From the NCBI GenBank assembly GCA_947629025.1, contig CANRCC010000003.1:7521-71520 (forward strand): a DNA stretch of 64,000 nucleotides, in the 5' to 3' direction. This document shows, piece after piece, positions 51,787 to 62,020 of this stretch. Numbering within the stretch: the stretch's first letter is position 1; each line of letters starts with the position of its first letter. The stretch comes from an uncultured Bacilli bacterium. GTDB taxonomy: Bacteria; Bacillota_I; Bacilli_A; RF39; UBA660. The translations under genes and the position numbers were made by a program. The notes under the pieces are model-generated. The model made no database searches. It had not been told where the DNA came from and was given only the letters and a program-made list of their open reading frames with translations.

Positions 51787-53013
51787 CTATTCAAATATAA
51801 CTAAATGATATTTTTTCTTACCTCTTCTTACTACTATATATTTATTATACAATGCATTTTCTTTATTTACAAGCATATTTAAATCATTTATTTTTTCTCC
51901 ATTAATACTAATAGAACCATTTGTAATAAATTCTCTTGCTTCTCTTTTACTAGATAAAATATTAGTATTAACAAGCATATCAACTACATTCTCTTCTTCA
52001 CTTATTGTAGAAATTTTAACACCATTCATAGCAGATTTTAATTCTTCTTCTGATAATTCACCTATATTTCCACTAAATAAAGCATTTGTAATTTTAATTG
52101 CAGATTCATATCCTTCTTTTCCATGTAAGAATGTAACTATTTCTTCTGCTAATTTTTTATGAGCAAGACGTTTTTCTGGTTCTTTATTCGTACTTTCTTC
52201 TAATTTTTCAATCTCTTCTTTACTTAAAAATGTATATTTCTTTAAATAATCTATTACCATAGAATCTTCAACATTTAAGAAAAATTGATATAACTCATAA
52301 CTAGATGTTTTATTTTTATCTAGCCATATAGCATTACCCTCGCTTTTACCTAGTTTTTTTCCAGTACTATCAGTAATTAATGGTACTGTAAAACCATATA
52401 CTTCTTTACCAGTTTTTTTACGTACTAAATCAATACCCGCTGTAATATTTCCCCATTGATCTGATCCTTCCATTTGTAATATACAATTTTTAGTTTCATA
52501 TAAGTGTAAAAAGTCTGATGCTTGCATTATCATATAAGAAAATTCTGTATATGTAATACCAGTTTCTAATCTTCTTCTAATTATATCTTTATCAAGCATA
52601 TAATTAATATTAAAATATTTACCATAATCTCTTAAAAAATCAATATAATTAATTTCTTTAGACCATTCATAGTTATCTACTACTTCATATCCAAATAGGC
52701 TTTTAACTTGTTTTTTTAAGCATTCAACATTATGAGTAACTTCCTCTTTAGAAATCATAGGTCTTTCTGTTGTAGGCCTTGGATCTCCAATTTGTCCTGT
52801 TGCACCACCAATTAATAATATTGGATGATTATTATTCTTTTCTAGTCTTTTTGCAACTAATAAACTACATAAATGTCCTATATGAAGTGAATCTGCAGAT
52901 GGATCTGTTCCCCAATAAAATGTACAATTTCCATTATTTATAATATCTTCAACTACAGGATTAGAAACATCTTTAATCAAACCTCTCCATATCAATTCAT
53001 CGTATAATTTCAT
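51787..53013 (-). CDS. tyrS: Tyrosine--tRNA ligase
   Basis: HIGHL and KLGKSEG class I motifs. C-terminal S4-like domain. Confidence 0.95.
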   Translation of the reverse strand: MKLYDELIWRGLIKDVSNPVVEDIINNGNCTFYWGTDPSADSLHIGHLCSLLVAKRLEKNNNHPILLIGGATGQIGDPRPTTERPMISKEEVTHNVECLKKQVKSLFGYEVVDNYEWSKEINYIDFLRDYGKYFNINYMLDKDIIRRRLETGITYTEFSYMIMQASDFLHLYETKNCILQMEGSDQWGNITAGIDLVRKKTGKEVYGFTVPLITDSTGKKLGKSEGNAIWLDKNKTSSYELYQFFLNVEDSMVIDYLKKYTFLSKEEIEKLEESTNKEPEKRLAHKKLAEEIVTFLHGKEGYESAIKITNALFSGNIGELSEEELKSAMNGVKISTISEEENVVDMLVNTNILSSKREAREFITNGSISINGEKINDLNMLVNKENALYNKYIVVRRGKKKYHLVIFE

Positions 53014-53023
53014 TTTTATTCCT

Positions 53024-53270
53024 CCTAATAAAAAAATCTATGAATGTAAGGACGAATATTATCGCGGTACCACCTTACTTCATAGATTACTATGCACTTT
53101 GATTCATAACGCTGAATTAGCGAGTTAATTCAAAATATTGTAATTCATTAATAAATTGCTTAAGTTTTCACCAACCACCTAAGTCTCTAATTTTCAAATT
53201 TTATTAATTACTAATATATTTATCAACATCAACTTACATATATTATATAACAATATTTTACATTAGTAAA
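53024..53270 (-). ncRNA. T-box riboswitch leader of tyrS
   Basis: On the minus strand, AGGTGGTACCGCG (53063-53075) matches the T-box consensus. A terminator/antiterminator hairpin at 53031-53087 is followed by a U-tract. An AGAGA GA-motif and a UAC-containing loop lie upstream. Confidence 0.7.
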
Positions 53271-53282
53271 GTAAAAAGAAGA

Positions 53283-53681
53283 TTATTCATCTTCTAATTT
53301 AGCAAGTACTTCTCTACATACATTAGCAGCTTGTTTTTTTACTTCAGTAGCAGCTTTTTCAAGAACTGGTGTACCTTTTTCTTTTGCATATTCTACTAAT
53401 TCTTCAGTTTTCTTTTTTAATTGTTTTGCTTTTTTAGTAGCAATTTTTTTAACTTTTTCTTTATCTAAATCTTCTATTTCTTGTTTTATTTCTTCAATTT
53501 TCTTTTCTAAATTTTCTTTAACTTCTTCTTTATCTAGTTCTTTAACTTTATTTGTTAAATCTCCTATTCTCTTTTTTAAATCTGCTCTTAATTCTACTCC
53601 TTTTTTTGGTGCGAATAAAAGCGCTAATCCTGCTCCTATTCCAGCCCCTAAAATTAATTTACCTGTACCTTTCTTACTCAT
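53283..53681 (-). CDS. YtxH-like protein (Gly-rich membrane segment + coiled coil)
   Basis: GKLILGAGIGAGLALLFAPKKG followed by a charged helix. Confidence 0.65.
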   Translation of the reverse strand: MSKKGTGKLILGAGIGAGLALLFAPKKGVELRADLKKRIGDLTNKVKELDKEEVKENLEKKIEEIKQEIEDLDKEKVKKIATKKAKQLKKKTEELVEYAKEKGTPVLEKAATEVKKQAANVCREVLAKLEDE

Positions 53682-53964
53682 TTTCTTTTTCCTCCTCTTT
53701 CTTTCTTGGTTTAAATATTCTATGGAACATACCTGTTATTATATCAATCATTCTATCACTTAATAATGCAATTTTATCAGTTGCTGTATCTATTATATTA
53801 AAGAATCCATTTAATGTTTGAACTTTATCATCAACATCTTCAACAATTCCTTGAACTGTATTCATTGCCTTTATTACCTTGATAGATATTACGATTAATA
53901 AAATAATAAGTACTATTAATAGTATATATATTATTATAGGCAAATAGTCAAGTAAATATTCCAT
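53674..53964 (-). CDS. DUF948 (YtxG-like) membrane protein
   Basis: N-terminal TM helix followed by a helical domain. It is paired with the ytxH-like gene. Confidence 0.65.
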   Translation of the reverse strand: MEYLLDYLPIIIYILLIVLIILLIVISIKVIKAMNTVQGIVEDVDDKVQTLNGFFNIIDTATDKIALLSDRMIDIITGMFHRIFKPRKKEEEKENE

Positions 53965-53965
53965 A

Positions 53966-54772
53966 TTAATCTTCCTCCTCTTCTTCTGAGTTATACATAT
54001 TATCTATTAAATTAAATAAATCTTGCTCTTTTGTTTCTGATAATATAGAATCATCTTCTTGTTTCTCAATAGCATTTTTTTTGCTTCTATTTAATCTAGT
54101 AATTTTTGGAACTTCAATTTCTTCTTCATCATCTTCTTCATAATCAACATCATTATATGTAATTTTTATATCTTCTTCCTCTTGTTCATCTTCTTTTGGA
54201 ATATCTTCTTTTTCTTCATCTAGATTAAAGAATATTCCTTTATTTTCATCACTTTTTATCTCTTCTTCTTGATTTTTTACTATTCCATATGCTTTTTGTC
54301 TTACCTCATCAAAATCTACTCTTTTTGTATTACCAAGTTCTCTAGTTTTACTAAGAGAATCTTCAATTTTATCACTACTATTTTGATATTCTCCATCTAT
54401 TATGCCATATATTGGAGATATAATTGGTGTTGGTTTAAATTTCTTTTCTTCTTTTTTCTCTGTAACTATTTTTGTAGATGATTTATAAGTTGATCTTGTA
54501 GAAGTACTAGGTTTATAATATTCTTTCTTTTCTTCTTCCATCTTTTTAATAGGAGTGAAATCTGGTTCTTCTTCATCTTCGTCCATATCCATAGGAAAAT
54601 TAAATGTTCTTTCTGCTTTAAATAATTCTCTTTCTGATATTTCTTCTTCCTTTTCATCATCAACTATTATTTGTTTTTTCTTTGGAATTTCTCTTTTTAC
54701 TGGAACTTCTACTTCTTCCTCAATTTCATCTTCATCATAGAAAAAACCTTTTACCTTATCTATAAATCCCAT
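53966..54772 (-). CDS. Highly acidic hypothetical protein with N-terminal amphipathic helix
   Basis: MGFIDKVKGFFYDEDEIEEE... About 40% of residues are D/E. No globular domain recognised. Confidence 0.5.
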   Translation of the reverse strand: MGFIDKVKGFFYDEDEIEEEVEVPVKREIPKKKQIIVDDEKEEEISERELFKAERTFNFPMDMDEDEEEPDFTPIKKMEEEKKEYYKPSTSTRSTYKSSTKIVTEKKEEKKFKPTPIISPIYGIIDGEYQNSSDKIEDSLSKTRELGNTKRVDFDEVRQKAYGIVKNQEEEIKSDENKGIFFNLDEEKEDIPKEDEQEEEDIKITYNDVDYEEDDEEEIEVPKITRLNRSKKNAIEKQEDDSILSETKEQDLFNLIDNMYNSEEEEED

Positions 54773-54783
54773 AAATATTCCTC

Positions 54784-55461
54784 CTATTTATCTTCGTCCT
54801 TATCAATTTCGTCTTTTTCAATTAAACTTTCTACATTACCTTCATAATTGTCATATTCATTAACATAATCAAGAAAGTTTCCATCGCTTTTTTTCTTAGA
54901 TTTAAATATGTCATATGTTTCATTTTCACTTAAATCGTACTTTTTACTTCCAACAAGTGTTTCTAATACTTTTTTATTATATTTAACACTTGATAACACA
55001 TAACTCATATTGCTTATACAATCAACTAAATCATATTTTGATGTTAATGCTTCCATTTTTGCATAATTAAACATCATTTCAACAAAATATTTATCTCCAT
55101 CTTTATTTACTTCTAAATATCCTGTTTTATTATTGTATTTTAATTTTTTTGATATATAAGCCTTTTTATCAATCTTATAATTATTATCCACCTTATAATA
55201 ATAACTTACCACATCAGCATATAAATAATATAAAACTCCATTTGATGTTATTTCCTGATTATAATCATTTACTTTTTTTACATTCATATGACTAGGTAAA
55301 TAAAATTGATATCCTATCGCATCTTTATTAGAAAACTTTATCTTATTACTTAAAATTATATCTACATTTTCATTTATATCATCATTACTTATACTATCAA
55401 TACTACAACCAGTAAATATTAATAAACAACTAATAATAATTATAATTCGTTTTATGCCCAT
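54784..55461 (-). CDS. Hypothetical lipoprotein
   Basis: MGIKRIIIIISCLLIFTGCS contains a lipobox. Confidence 0.55.
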   Translation of the reverse strand: MGIKRIIIIISCLLIFTGCSIDSISNDDINENVDIILSNKIKFSNKDAIGYQFYLPSHMNVKKVNDYNQEITSNGVLYYLYADVVSYYYKVDNNYKIDKKAYISKKLKYNNKTGYLEVNKDGDKYFVEMMFNYAKMEALTSKYDLVDCISNMSYVLSSVKYNKKVLETLVGSKKYDLSENETYDIFKSKKKSDGNFLDYVNEYDNYEGNVESLIEKDEIDKDEDK

Positions 55462-55582
55462 AAAACACCTACTCTTATCATATCTTATTATATCAAAAAA
55501 AATATCAATAATAAAGATATTTTTGAAATAATGACAAAAAAGTATCAAATTGAAATAAAAAAAATCGTTTTATCATTGATTT

Positions 55583-56347
55583 TTATATTTTTACATTGCC
55601 ATATTCTATTTTTAATTTATCTGCAACTGTTACAATAAATTCACTGTTAGTTGGTTTTGCTTTATCATAATCAACACTATGTCCAAATATTTCTTCCATA
55701 AGATCAATATTACCTCTATTCCAACTAACTTCTATAGCATGTCTAATTGCTCTTTCAACCCTTGAAACTGATGTATTAAATCTACTTGCAATCTCAGGAT
55801 ACAATTCTTTAGTTATTCCTCCAATTATATCAGGATTATCATATAGTATTAGTATACTATCTCTAATATATTGATATCCCTTTATATGAGATGGCACTCC
55901 TAATTCATGTAATAATTTTGTAACACAAACTTTTAAATCTTGGTTAAAAACTGATGGTACATTACTATCTAATTGTCCTGTTGCTTCTAAAACTCTTTGT
56001 TCAAGATTTTTTAAATCAAATGGTTTTAGTAAAAAATACTTAATATTATAAGTTGAAACTTTTCTGACCATTTCTTCTGCATTAAATGAAGTTAAAACAA
56101 TTACTGCTTTATCCATTTTTTCTTCTTTTAATTTATCTAAAAAATAAATACCATCCTTATTTGGCATAATTAAATCTAGTAAAACTAGATCTATATTATC
56201 ATTATTATTTTTTAATATTTCAAATCCTTCTTCTCCATCATGTGCTTCATAAGCAACTTCGATATTCTCACTACTTTTTGTATACTCCCTTATCATGTGT
56301 ATCAAACTAACGTTATCATCTACTACTAATAATTTTTGCTTTGTCAT
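55583..56347 (-). CDS. spo0A: Sporulation master regulator Spo0A
   Basis: REC domain LLVVDDN...D. Spo0A-specific C-terminal domain HELGVPSHIKGYQYIRDSI...VSRVERAIRHAIEVSWNRG...KPTNSEFI. Confidence 0.95.
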   Translation of the reverse strand: MTKQKLLVVDDNVSLIHMIREYTKSSENIEVAYEAHDGEEGFEILKNNNDNIDLVLLDLIMPNKDGIYFLDKLKEEKMDKAVIVLTSFNAEEMVRKVSTYNIKYFLLKPFDLKNLEQRVLEATGQLDSNVPSVFNQDLKVCVTKLLHELGVPSHIKGYQYIRDSILILYDNPDIIGGITKELYPEIASRFNTSVSRVERAIRHAIEVSWNRGNIDLMEEIFGHSVDYDKAKPTNSEFIVTVADKLKIEYGNVKI

Positions 56348-56435
56348 ATTTATTCTTCTCTCCCTTATTTTTTTAGTACTTTTACATTATACAACAAATT
56401 ATACAAATTTTACTAGAGATATTTTTATCTTATTT

Positions 56436-56452
56436 TGTCGAATTTTGTCGTT
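56436..56452 (+). promoter_or_regulatory. Tandem 0A boxes in the spo0A upstream region
   Basis: TGTCGAAttttTGTCGTT matches the 0A-box consensus TGTCGAA. It lies 90-105 nt upstream of the spo0A start. Confidence 0.5.
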
Positions 56453-56458
56453 TATTAT

Positions 56459-57178
56459 CTACATGTTAACTATGCTTAATAACTTTATAAATTCTTTAGC
56501 ATCATTACTCATTTTACCAACCATAATACCATCACATACATCTATGATATCATTAGCATTTTCCTTGTTTACGCTACCACCATATATAACTTTACAATCT
56601 GAATTAAAATTATTATTTATTATACTTTTTATATATAAAATATTAGACTTTATTTCATCTTTTGTTAATGCATTACCTGTACCAATAGAGTAAACTGGTT
56701 CATATGCGATTATTATATTCTGTAAATTAGATGATTTAATACCATATAATGCTTCTTCAATTTGTTTTTTTAATACATTAGATGTTTCATTAGAATCTTT
56801 TTGCTCCTTATTTTCACCAATACATAATATTACTTTAATATTATTATCTAAACACGCATTTATTTTTTTATTAATTATACTATTTGTTTCATTAAATATA
56901 GTTCTTCTTTCACTATGACCTATAATTACATAATTAACTCCTATTTCTTTAAGCTGCATAGCAGATATTTCACCTGTATATGGTCCTAATTGTTCATAAA
57001 ATACATTTTGAGCCCCTACACTATAGTTCTTTGAATTAAACATAAGTATATGTATAAAAGATGGACACAAAATCAAATCTACATTTTCAAACTTTTCTTT
57101 ATTAATTATTGATACATAATCTTCTACTTGATGTTTTGTTAATGACATTTTTAAATTACCTACTACTATTTTTGACAT
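56459..57178 (-). CDS. tpiA: Triosephosphate isomerase
   Basis: GNLKM, IGHSERR and AYEPVYSIGTG motifs. Confidence 0.95.
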   Translation of the reverse strand: MSKIVVGNLKMSLTKHQVEDYVSIINKEKFENVDLILCPSFIHILMFNSKNYSVGAQNVFYEQLGPYTGEISAMQLKEIGVNYVIIGHSERRTIFNETNSIINKKINACLDNNIKVILCIGENKEQKDSNETSNVLKKQIEEALYGIKSSNLQNIIIAYEPVYSIGTGNALTKDEIKSNILYIKSIINNNFNSDCKVIYGGSVNKENANDIIDVCDGIMVGKMSNDAKEFIKLLSIVNM

Positions 57179-58410
57179 ATTTTATCTCCTACTCTTTTTA
57201 TCGCATTTTTTATTTTATGTATTATATTACTATCTTTTTTATTTGCATTAATAGCAAGTTTATAAACTTCTAAAACTCTTTGAGCAAAATATTTTGATGA
57301 AAATGTTACTGAGTTAATTCTAGATTGTTTTGATAATCTTGCACATAATTTTTTATCTTTATATATTTTTTCTATACTTTGAACATATTCTTCATCAGTA
57401 TTAAATAAATATCCATTTAAACCATCAATTACAGATGTTCTAAAACTATCATCATTTATTGCTACTACAGGTAATGAGGATGATATTGCTTCAACAACAG
57501 TTAATCCTTGAGTCTCTGTTATAGATGCAGTTACAAATACGTTTGCTAATTGATAATAGTATTTTACTTCTTTTAGTGGTACCTTACCTACAAATATAAC
57601 ATATTTTTCTAGTTTTTCTTTTTTTACTAGTTTTTGTAATTCTTCCATATCAGGTCCATCGCCAACTATAACAAACTTTATATTCAATTTCTTATCAATT
57701 AGTTTTCTATGATTTAATATAAGTTTATCTATACTTTTTTCTTTTGCAACTCTACTAACAGTTAAAATGATAAAATCATTTTTAGAAATTCCTAGTTTTT
57801 TTCTATACTTTAATAGATCTGTTTTAGAAAAATTTTCATTATAAAAGTCTTCTACTTCTATTCCAGTTGGTATTATATGAATATTTCTATCAACTTTATA
57901 TTTGTCTTTAAATAACTCATATGCTTTTTTTGTAGGTACAATTAATTCTTGTACTGTTTTATCACAATAAAATTTTGTTAAATATTTTACAATTTTTTTG
58001 CCTGTTTTTTCAAAGTAACCTTTTGTAATATAATAAATATAATCTTCATACATAGTATGATATGTATGAACAACAGGTATATTAAATTGCTTTGATATAA
58101 TTCTAGAAAATGTTCCTACACCAAATTCTGATTGAGAATGAATTACATCTAAATTCCAACTTTTAATTGTCTTAATTGCTTGAATAGGGTATATTCCTGT
58201 AAGTCTTGCATCATATATACCAATAGGTATTCCAGGAACCTTTAATACTCTTTCTTTTTCATCATAATCATAATGAAAACTTTCTAAATTAGCAGTTACT
58301 ACATAAACAGTATGTCCCATCTTTTCTAATGCTCTTTTTAAAACAAGTTCACTAGTAACAACCCCACTTACATATGGTAAATATGTATCTGTAAAAATAC
58401 CTATTCTCAT
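57166..58410 (-). CDS. Glycosyltransferase family 4 (glycolipid synthase-like)
   Basis: MRIGIFTDTYLPYVSGV N-terminus. C-terminal E...TQGLTVVEAISSSLPVV. Confidence 0.8.
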   Translation of the reverse strand: MRIGIFTDTYLPYVSGVVTSELVLKRALEKMGHTVYVVTANLESFHYDYDEKERVLKVPGIPIGIYDARLTGIYPIQAIKTIKSWNLDVIHSQSEFGVGTFSRIISKQFNIPVVHTYHTMYEDYIYYITKGYFEKTGKKIVKYLTKFYCDKTVQELIVPTKKAYELFKDKYKVDRNIHIIPTGIEVEDFYNENFSKTDLLKYRKKLGISKNDFIILTVSRVAKEKSIDKLILNHRKLIDKKLNIKFVIVGDGPDMEELQKLVKKEKLEKYVIFVGKVPLKEVKYYYQLANVFVTASITETQGLTVVEAISSSLPVVAINDDSFRTSVIDGLNGYLFNTDEEYVQSIEKIYKDKKLCARLSKQSRINSVTFSSKYFAQRVLEVYKLAINANKKDSNIIHKIKNAIKRVGDKICQK

Positions 58411-59433
58411 CTACTCCACCTCTTTTTTTAAATAAAATAATGAGCTTGCACCTAAAATCATTCCAAAATAATATGTCACAAATCTCCATAAAATCATAAT
58501 TGCAGATAATGACGCACCTACTGTAAAGTTTTGGAAAAATTCAATAAATGCATACTCTAAACCACCTGTCGCACCTGGTATTGGAACAAATGATCCAATT
58601 AAATAAGTATAACCAAGGCAAACTATTGATTCAAATATAGTAATAGAATCATATTCTCCTATACTATAAAATATAAATACTGGAATAATATATAACAATA
58701 TTAAACTAATTAAATTAAATAATAATGATTTACATAAATTTTTCTTATTATTTTTAAAATATACAGCACTATTATAAAAATCATCAATCTTACTATGTGC
58801 TTTCTTTTTTAAACTTTCTTTATTTTTAATAAATCTAAAACTTAATACAAAATCAACAATTTTATTAAATACAGCAGTATTTGTTTTCTTAGCAGTTGAT
58901 AGAAATACTATTACAAATAAAACTGCTACATTTATGACATACCCAACAAGAACTATTTTCTTTAATATATTATCATCTGGTAAAATTCCAAAGAAATAAT
59001 TCATTACTATAGAAAATGTTCCCATAATTATAAGCGATAATTGAAAAGTAAAAAAGTTATGTAAAAGTACGTTCCCTGAATCTGTTAATTTAATTCCTTG
59101 TTTTTTTAAAATATACATTTGAAAAGGTTGACCACCTGATGAAAAAGGTGTTATTCCATTAAAGAATAATGCGCTAATCATAAGCATATATGTACTTATA
59201 AATTTATATTTTGGATCTATCTCTCTTATAAATGAATGTATACTAAGTGCTTGAAATAATATATGTACAAGTAAAATTAAAATTGCAATAAATATCCAAA
59301 GTAAATTAACATTTCTTAAATAAGTAATTGTTTCATTAAATTCATCTTTTAATACTAAATACATTATAAAAATTGTTATTATAATCAATATAATAATATT
59401 TAAACGATATTTTTTCATATTATTCACATACAT
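58411..59433 (-). CDS. Flippase-like/LPG-synthase-TM family integral membrane protein (TIGR00374-like)
   Basis: Eight predicted TM helices. NGITPFSSGGQPFQMYILKK. It is immediately upstream of the GT4 gene. Confidence 0.65.
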   Translation of the reverse strand: MYVNNMKKYRLNIIILIIITIFIMYLVLKDEFNETITYLRNVNLLWIFIAILILLVHILFQALSIHSFIREIDPKYKFISTYMLMISALFFNGITPFSSGGQPFQMYILKKQGIKLTDSGNVLLHNFFTFQLSLIIMGTFSIVMNYFFGILPDDNILKKIVLVGYVINVAVLFVIVFLSTAKKTNTAVFNKIVDFVLSFRFIKNKESLKKKAHSKIDDFYNSAVYFKNNKKNLCKSLLFNLISLILLYIIPVFIFYSIGEYDSITIFESIVCLGYTYLIGSFVPIPGATGGLEYAFIEFFQNFTVGASLSAIMILWRFVTYYFGMILGASSLFYLKKEVE

Positions 59434-60583
59434 ATTTAAGTGCAGGTAAATCTTTACCTTCTAAATATTCTAGTGATGCACCTCCTCCTGTTGATATATG
59501 ACTAAATGAATCTTTATATCCAAATTTAACAGCAGCGTATGCTGAATCTCCACCACCAATAATAGTATTGGCATTTACTTGGCTTATAATTCTAAATAAT
59601 TCTTTTGTACCATAAGAAAAATTAGAAAATTCAAAAGCTCCTGCTGGTCCATTTAAGAAGATTGTTTTTGAATACTGTATATTTTCATTTATTATTTTTA
59701 TTGTATCTGGACCAATATCTAATCCTATATCATCTTTTTTTATATCTTCTACTTTTTTTAGTTCTTTAATAGATTTATTATTAAATTCTTTTGCAGTATA
59801 TATATCATTTGGTAATATAATTTTATCACTATAATTAGCAAGTAAATTTTTAGCATATTCTATATTATCTATATCAACTAGAGATTTCCCAACTTCCAAT
59901 CCTTTTGCCTTTAAAAACGTAAATGCCATTGCTCCTACAATAATAAGTTTATCTGCTTTATCAATTAAATTAGATATTACACCTATTTTATCTGAAACTT
60001 TACTACCACCTAAAATAATACTAAAAGGTTTTTTTGGATTATTTCTAACCAAATCTAAATTAGTTAATTCTTTTTCCATTAAAAAACCCATATATGATGG
60101 AAGAAACTCACAAATACCACAATTTGATGCAGCAGATCTATGACATACACCAAATGCATCATTAATAAATATATCTCCAAAAGATGCAAAATATTTTGCC
60201 AAATTAATATCATTATTACTTTCTTTATTACCATCTATATCAAAATATCTTGTATTTTCTAGCATTATTACATCATTTTTTGATAGTATTTCATTTATAT
60301 CTTCATCATATTTACAAAAAGTTATATTTTGATTTAATAATTCACTTAATCTTTTACAAACAGGTAAAAGACTATTTTCTTTTAAATCTTCTAATTTCTT
60401 AATTCTACCCATATGTGATAAAATAATCACTTTTTTTGCTCTTGATATTACATATTTTAATGTTTTAATACTCTCTACAATCCTTGTATCATCTTGAATT
60501 ACATTATCTTTCATAGGCACATTAAAATCACATCTAACAATAACTTTCTTACCAACTATTTTTGCATTTTCTATTTTTTTCAT
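59420..60583 (-). CDS. pgk: Phosphoglycerate kinase
   Basis: VIVRCDFNVP N-terminus. GGGASLE... C-terminus. Confidence 0.95.
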   Translation of the reverse strand: MKKIENAKIVGKKVIVRCDFNVPMKDNVIQDDTRIVESIKTLKYVISRAKKVIILSHMGRIKKLEDLKENSLLPVCKRLSELLNQNITFCKYDEDINEILSKNDVIMLENTRYFDIDGNKESNNDINLAKYFASFGDIFINDAFGVCHRSAASNCGICEFLPSYMGFLMEKELTNLDLVRNNPKKPFSIILGGSKVSDKIGVISNLIDKADKLIIVGAMAFTFLKAKGLEVGKSLVDIDNIEYAKNLLANYSDKIILPNDIYTAKEFNNKSIKELKKVEDIKKDDIGLDIGPDTIKIINENIQYSKTIFLNGPAGAFEFSNFSYGTKELFRIISQVNANTIIGGGDSAYAAVKFGYKDSFSHISTGGGASLEYLEGKDLPALKYVCE

Positions 60584-60649
60584 ATAAATCTATCCTCAAT
60601 AAAATTATAACATACAATACATCAAAATAAAAGAATTCAAAAGAATTCT

Positions 60650-61957
60650 TTAATTAACTGTTACAACACAAACTGCTCTTTTACCATTATTAGTTGTAGC
60701 AGTTATTCTAGCAGTTCCTTTTGAAATAGCTTTTACATACCCACTTTCAGTTACTGTTGCAACTGAACTATTAGAAGATGAATATGTAACAGTTTTATTA
60801 GTAGCATTACCTGGATTTATTGTTAATGTTAACTGAAAAGCACTACCAACACTTAATGTTTTATTATTTGGTGTTAAAGATACGCCTTGAACAGGTATTT
60901 CAGTATTAGGTTTTGGTATTGAAACACTACAATCTTTAACTGTAAAGTTTTTAGTTGCATAAGTAGTATTTCCTGCACTATCAGAAACTTTATAGTTAAT
61001 AGTATAAGTACCTGGATTATTTATTACTTTAGTATCTCCACTTATTATAACTCTACTTGTAATATTTCCATCTACATTATCTCTTGCAAAGTATCCATAT
61101 GGACCATTAACACTTATATTAACACTATTGCCTGTACATATAGTTTGATATAAACTATCATCATTAAATGTTATTATTGGTTTTGTTGTATCTATTGATG
61201 GTGTTGGAGTTGGCGATGGAGTTGGAGCAGGTGTTGGAGTTGTAGTTTCTTGTTTTTGGTCATCTTCTTTTTCTTCAGGTTGTTCTACAATTTCTTTTTC
61301 TTTTACTATTATTTTTCTTTTTGCTGTTGCCTTATTTTTTGATTTATCACTTACAGTATAAGTTATTTCATAAGTACCTGCTTTAGATGTGTTTACTTTA
61401 CCAGATATCTTTATTTTCTTTGTTAAATCTCCATCTACATTATCTTTTGCAAGCGCTCCTAACTCTTCATATTTATCACCTACAGTTATTGTTATTTCTT
61501 TATCACCAAATAATTCTATTTTTGGTTTTATTGTATCATTTTCTGTTTGTGTTTCATCAGTATTTTCAGTATCATTTGATGGTTTTTTACCATAATTTTC
61601 AGTGATATATATTCTTCCACATTTTATATATGGATCATACGTCATTGATGTTGTATCTTCTGAATATGATTTAACAATTACATATCCTACGCAATCAGAA
61701 GCATAAGAGTTAAATATTAATTTTTTATTTAATATATCTTTAATATCTATTTGTCTCCATTGATTTTCTTTTAATGAAATCTTTTCTCTTAATAAATAGT
61801 TTTTAGCTCCGTCTTTTAATTGACTTTCAAATCTAATATATTCCTTTTTTAAATTTGCTCTATGAACAAATATACCTACTATAACAGATATTCCTACTAA
61901 AACAGATAAAATTATAATAATTAACTTTGTCTTAGTTAACCATTTTGTTTCTTCCAT
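60650..61957 (-). CDS. Membrane-anchored surface protein with two DUF5011-type Ig-like domains and a C-terminal Big_2 domain
   Basis: N-terminal TM helix. DNVDGDLT...GTYEITYTVSD and DNVDGNIT...GTYTINYKVSD repeats. PT-rich linker. C-terminal LTPNNKTLSVGSAFQLT...AISKGTARITATT (Big_2). Confidence 0.65.
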   Translation of the reverse strand: MEETKWLTKTKLIIIILSVLVGISVIVGIFVHRANLKKEYIRFESQLKDGAKNYLLREKISLKENQWRQIDIKDILNKKLIFNSYASDCVGYVIVKSYSEDTTSMTYDPYIKCGRIYITENYGKKPSNDTENTDETQTENDTIKPKIELFGDKEITITVGDKYEELGALAKDNVDGDLTKKIKISGKVNTSKAGTYEITYTVSDKSKNKATAKRKIIVKEKEIVEQPEEKEDDQKQETTTPTPAPTPSPTPTPSIDTTKPIITFNDDSLYQTICTGNSVNISVNGPYGYFARDNVDGNITSRVIISGDTKVINNPGTYTINYKVSDSAGNTTYATKNFTVKDCSVSIPKPNTEIPVQGVSLTPNNKTLSVGSAFQLTLTINPGNATNKTVTYSSSNSSVATVTESGYVKAISKGTARITATTNNGKRAVCVVTVN

Positions 61958-62020
61958 ATCATCACTCCTAGTATGCTATATAAAAATTATATCATAAAAA
62001 AAAAATAAGTAAACTCATTT

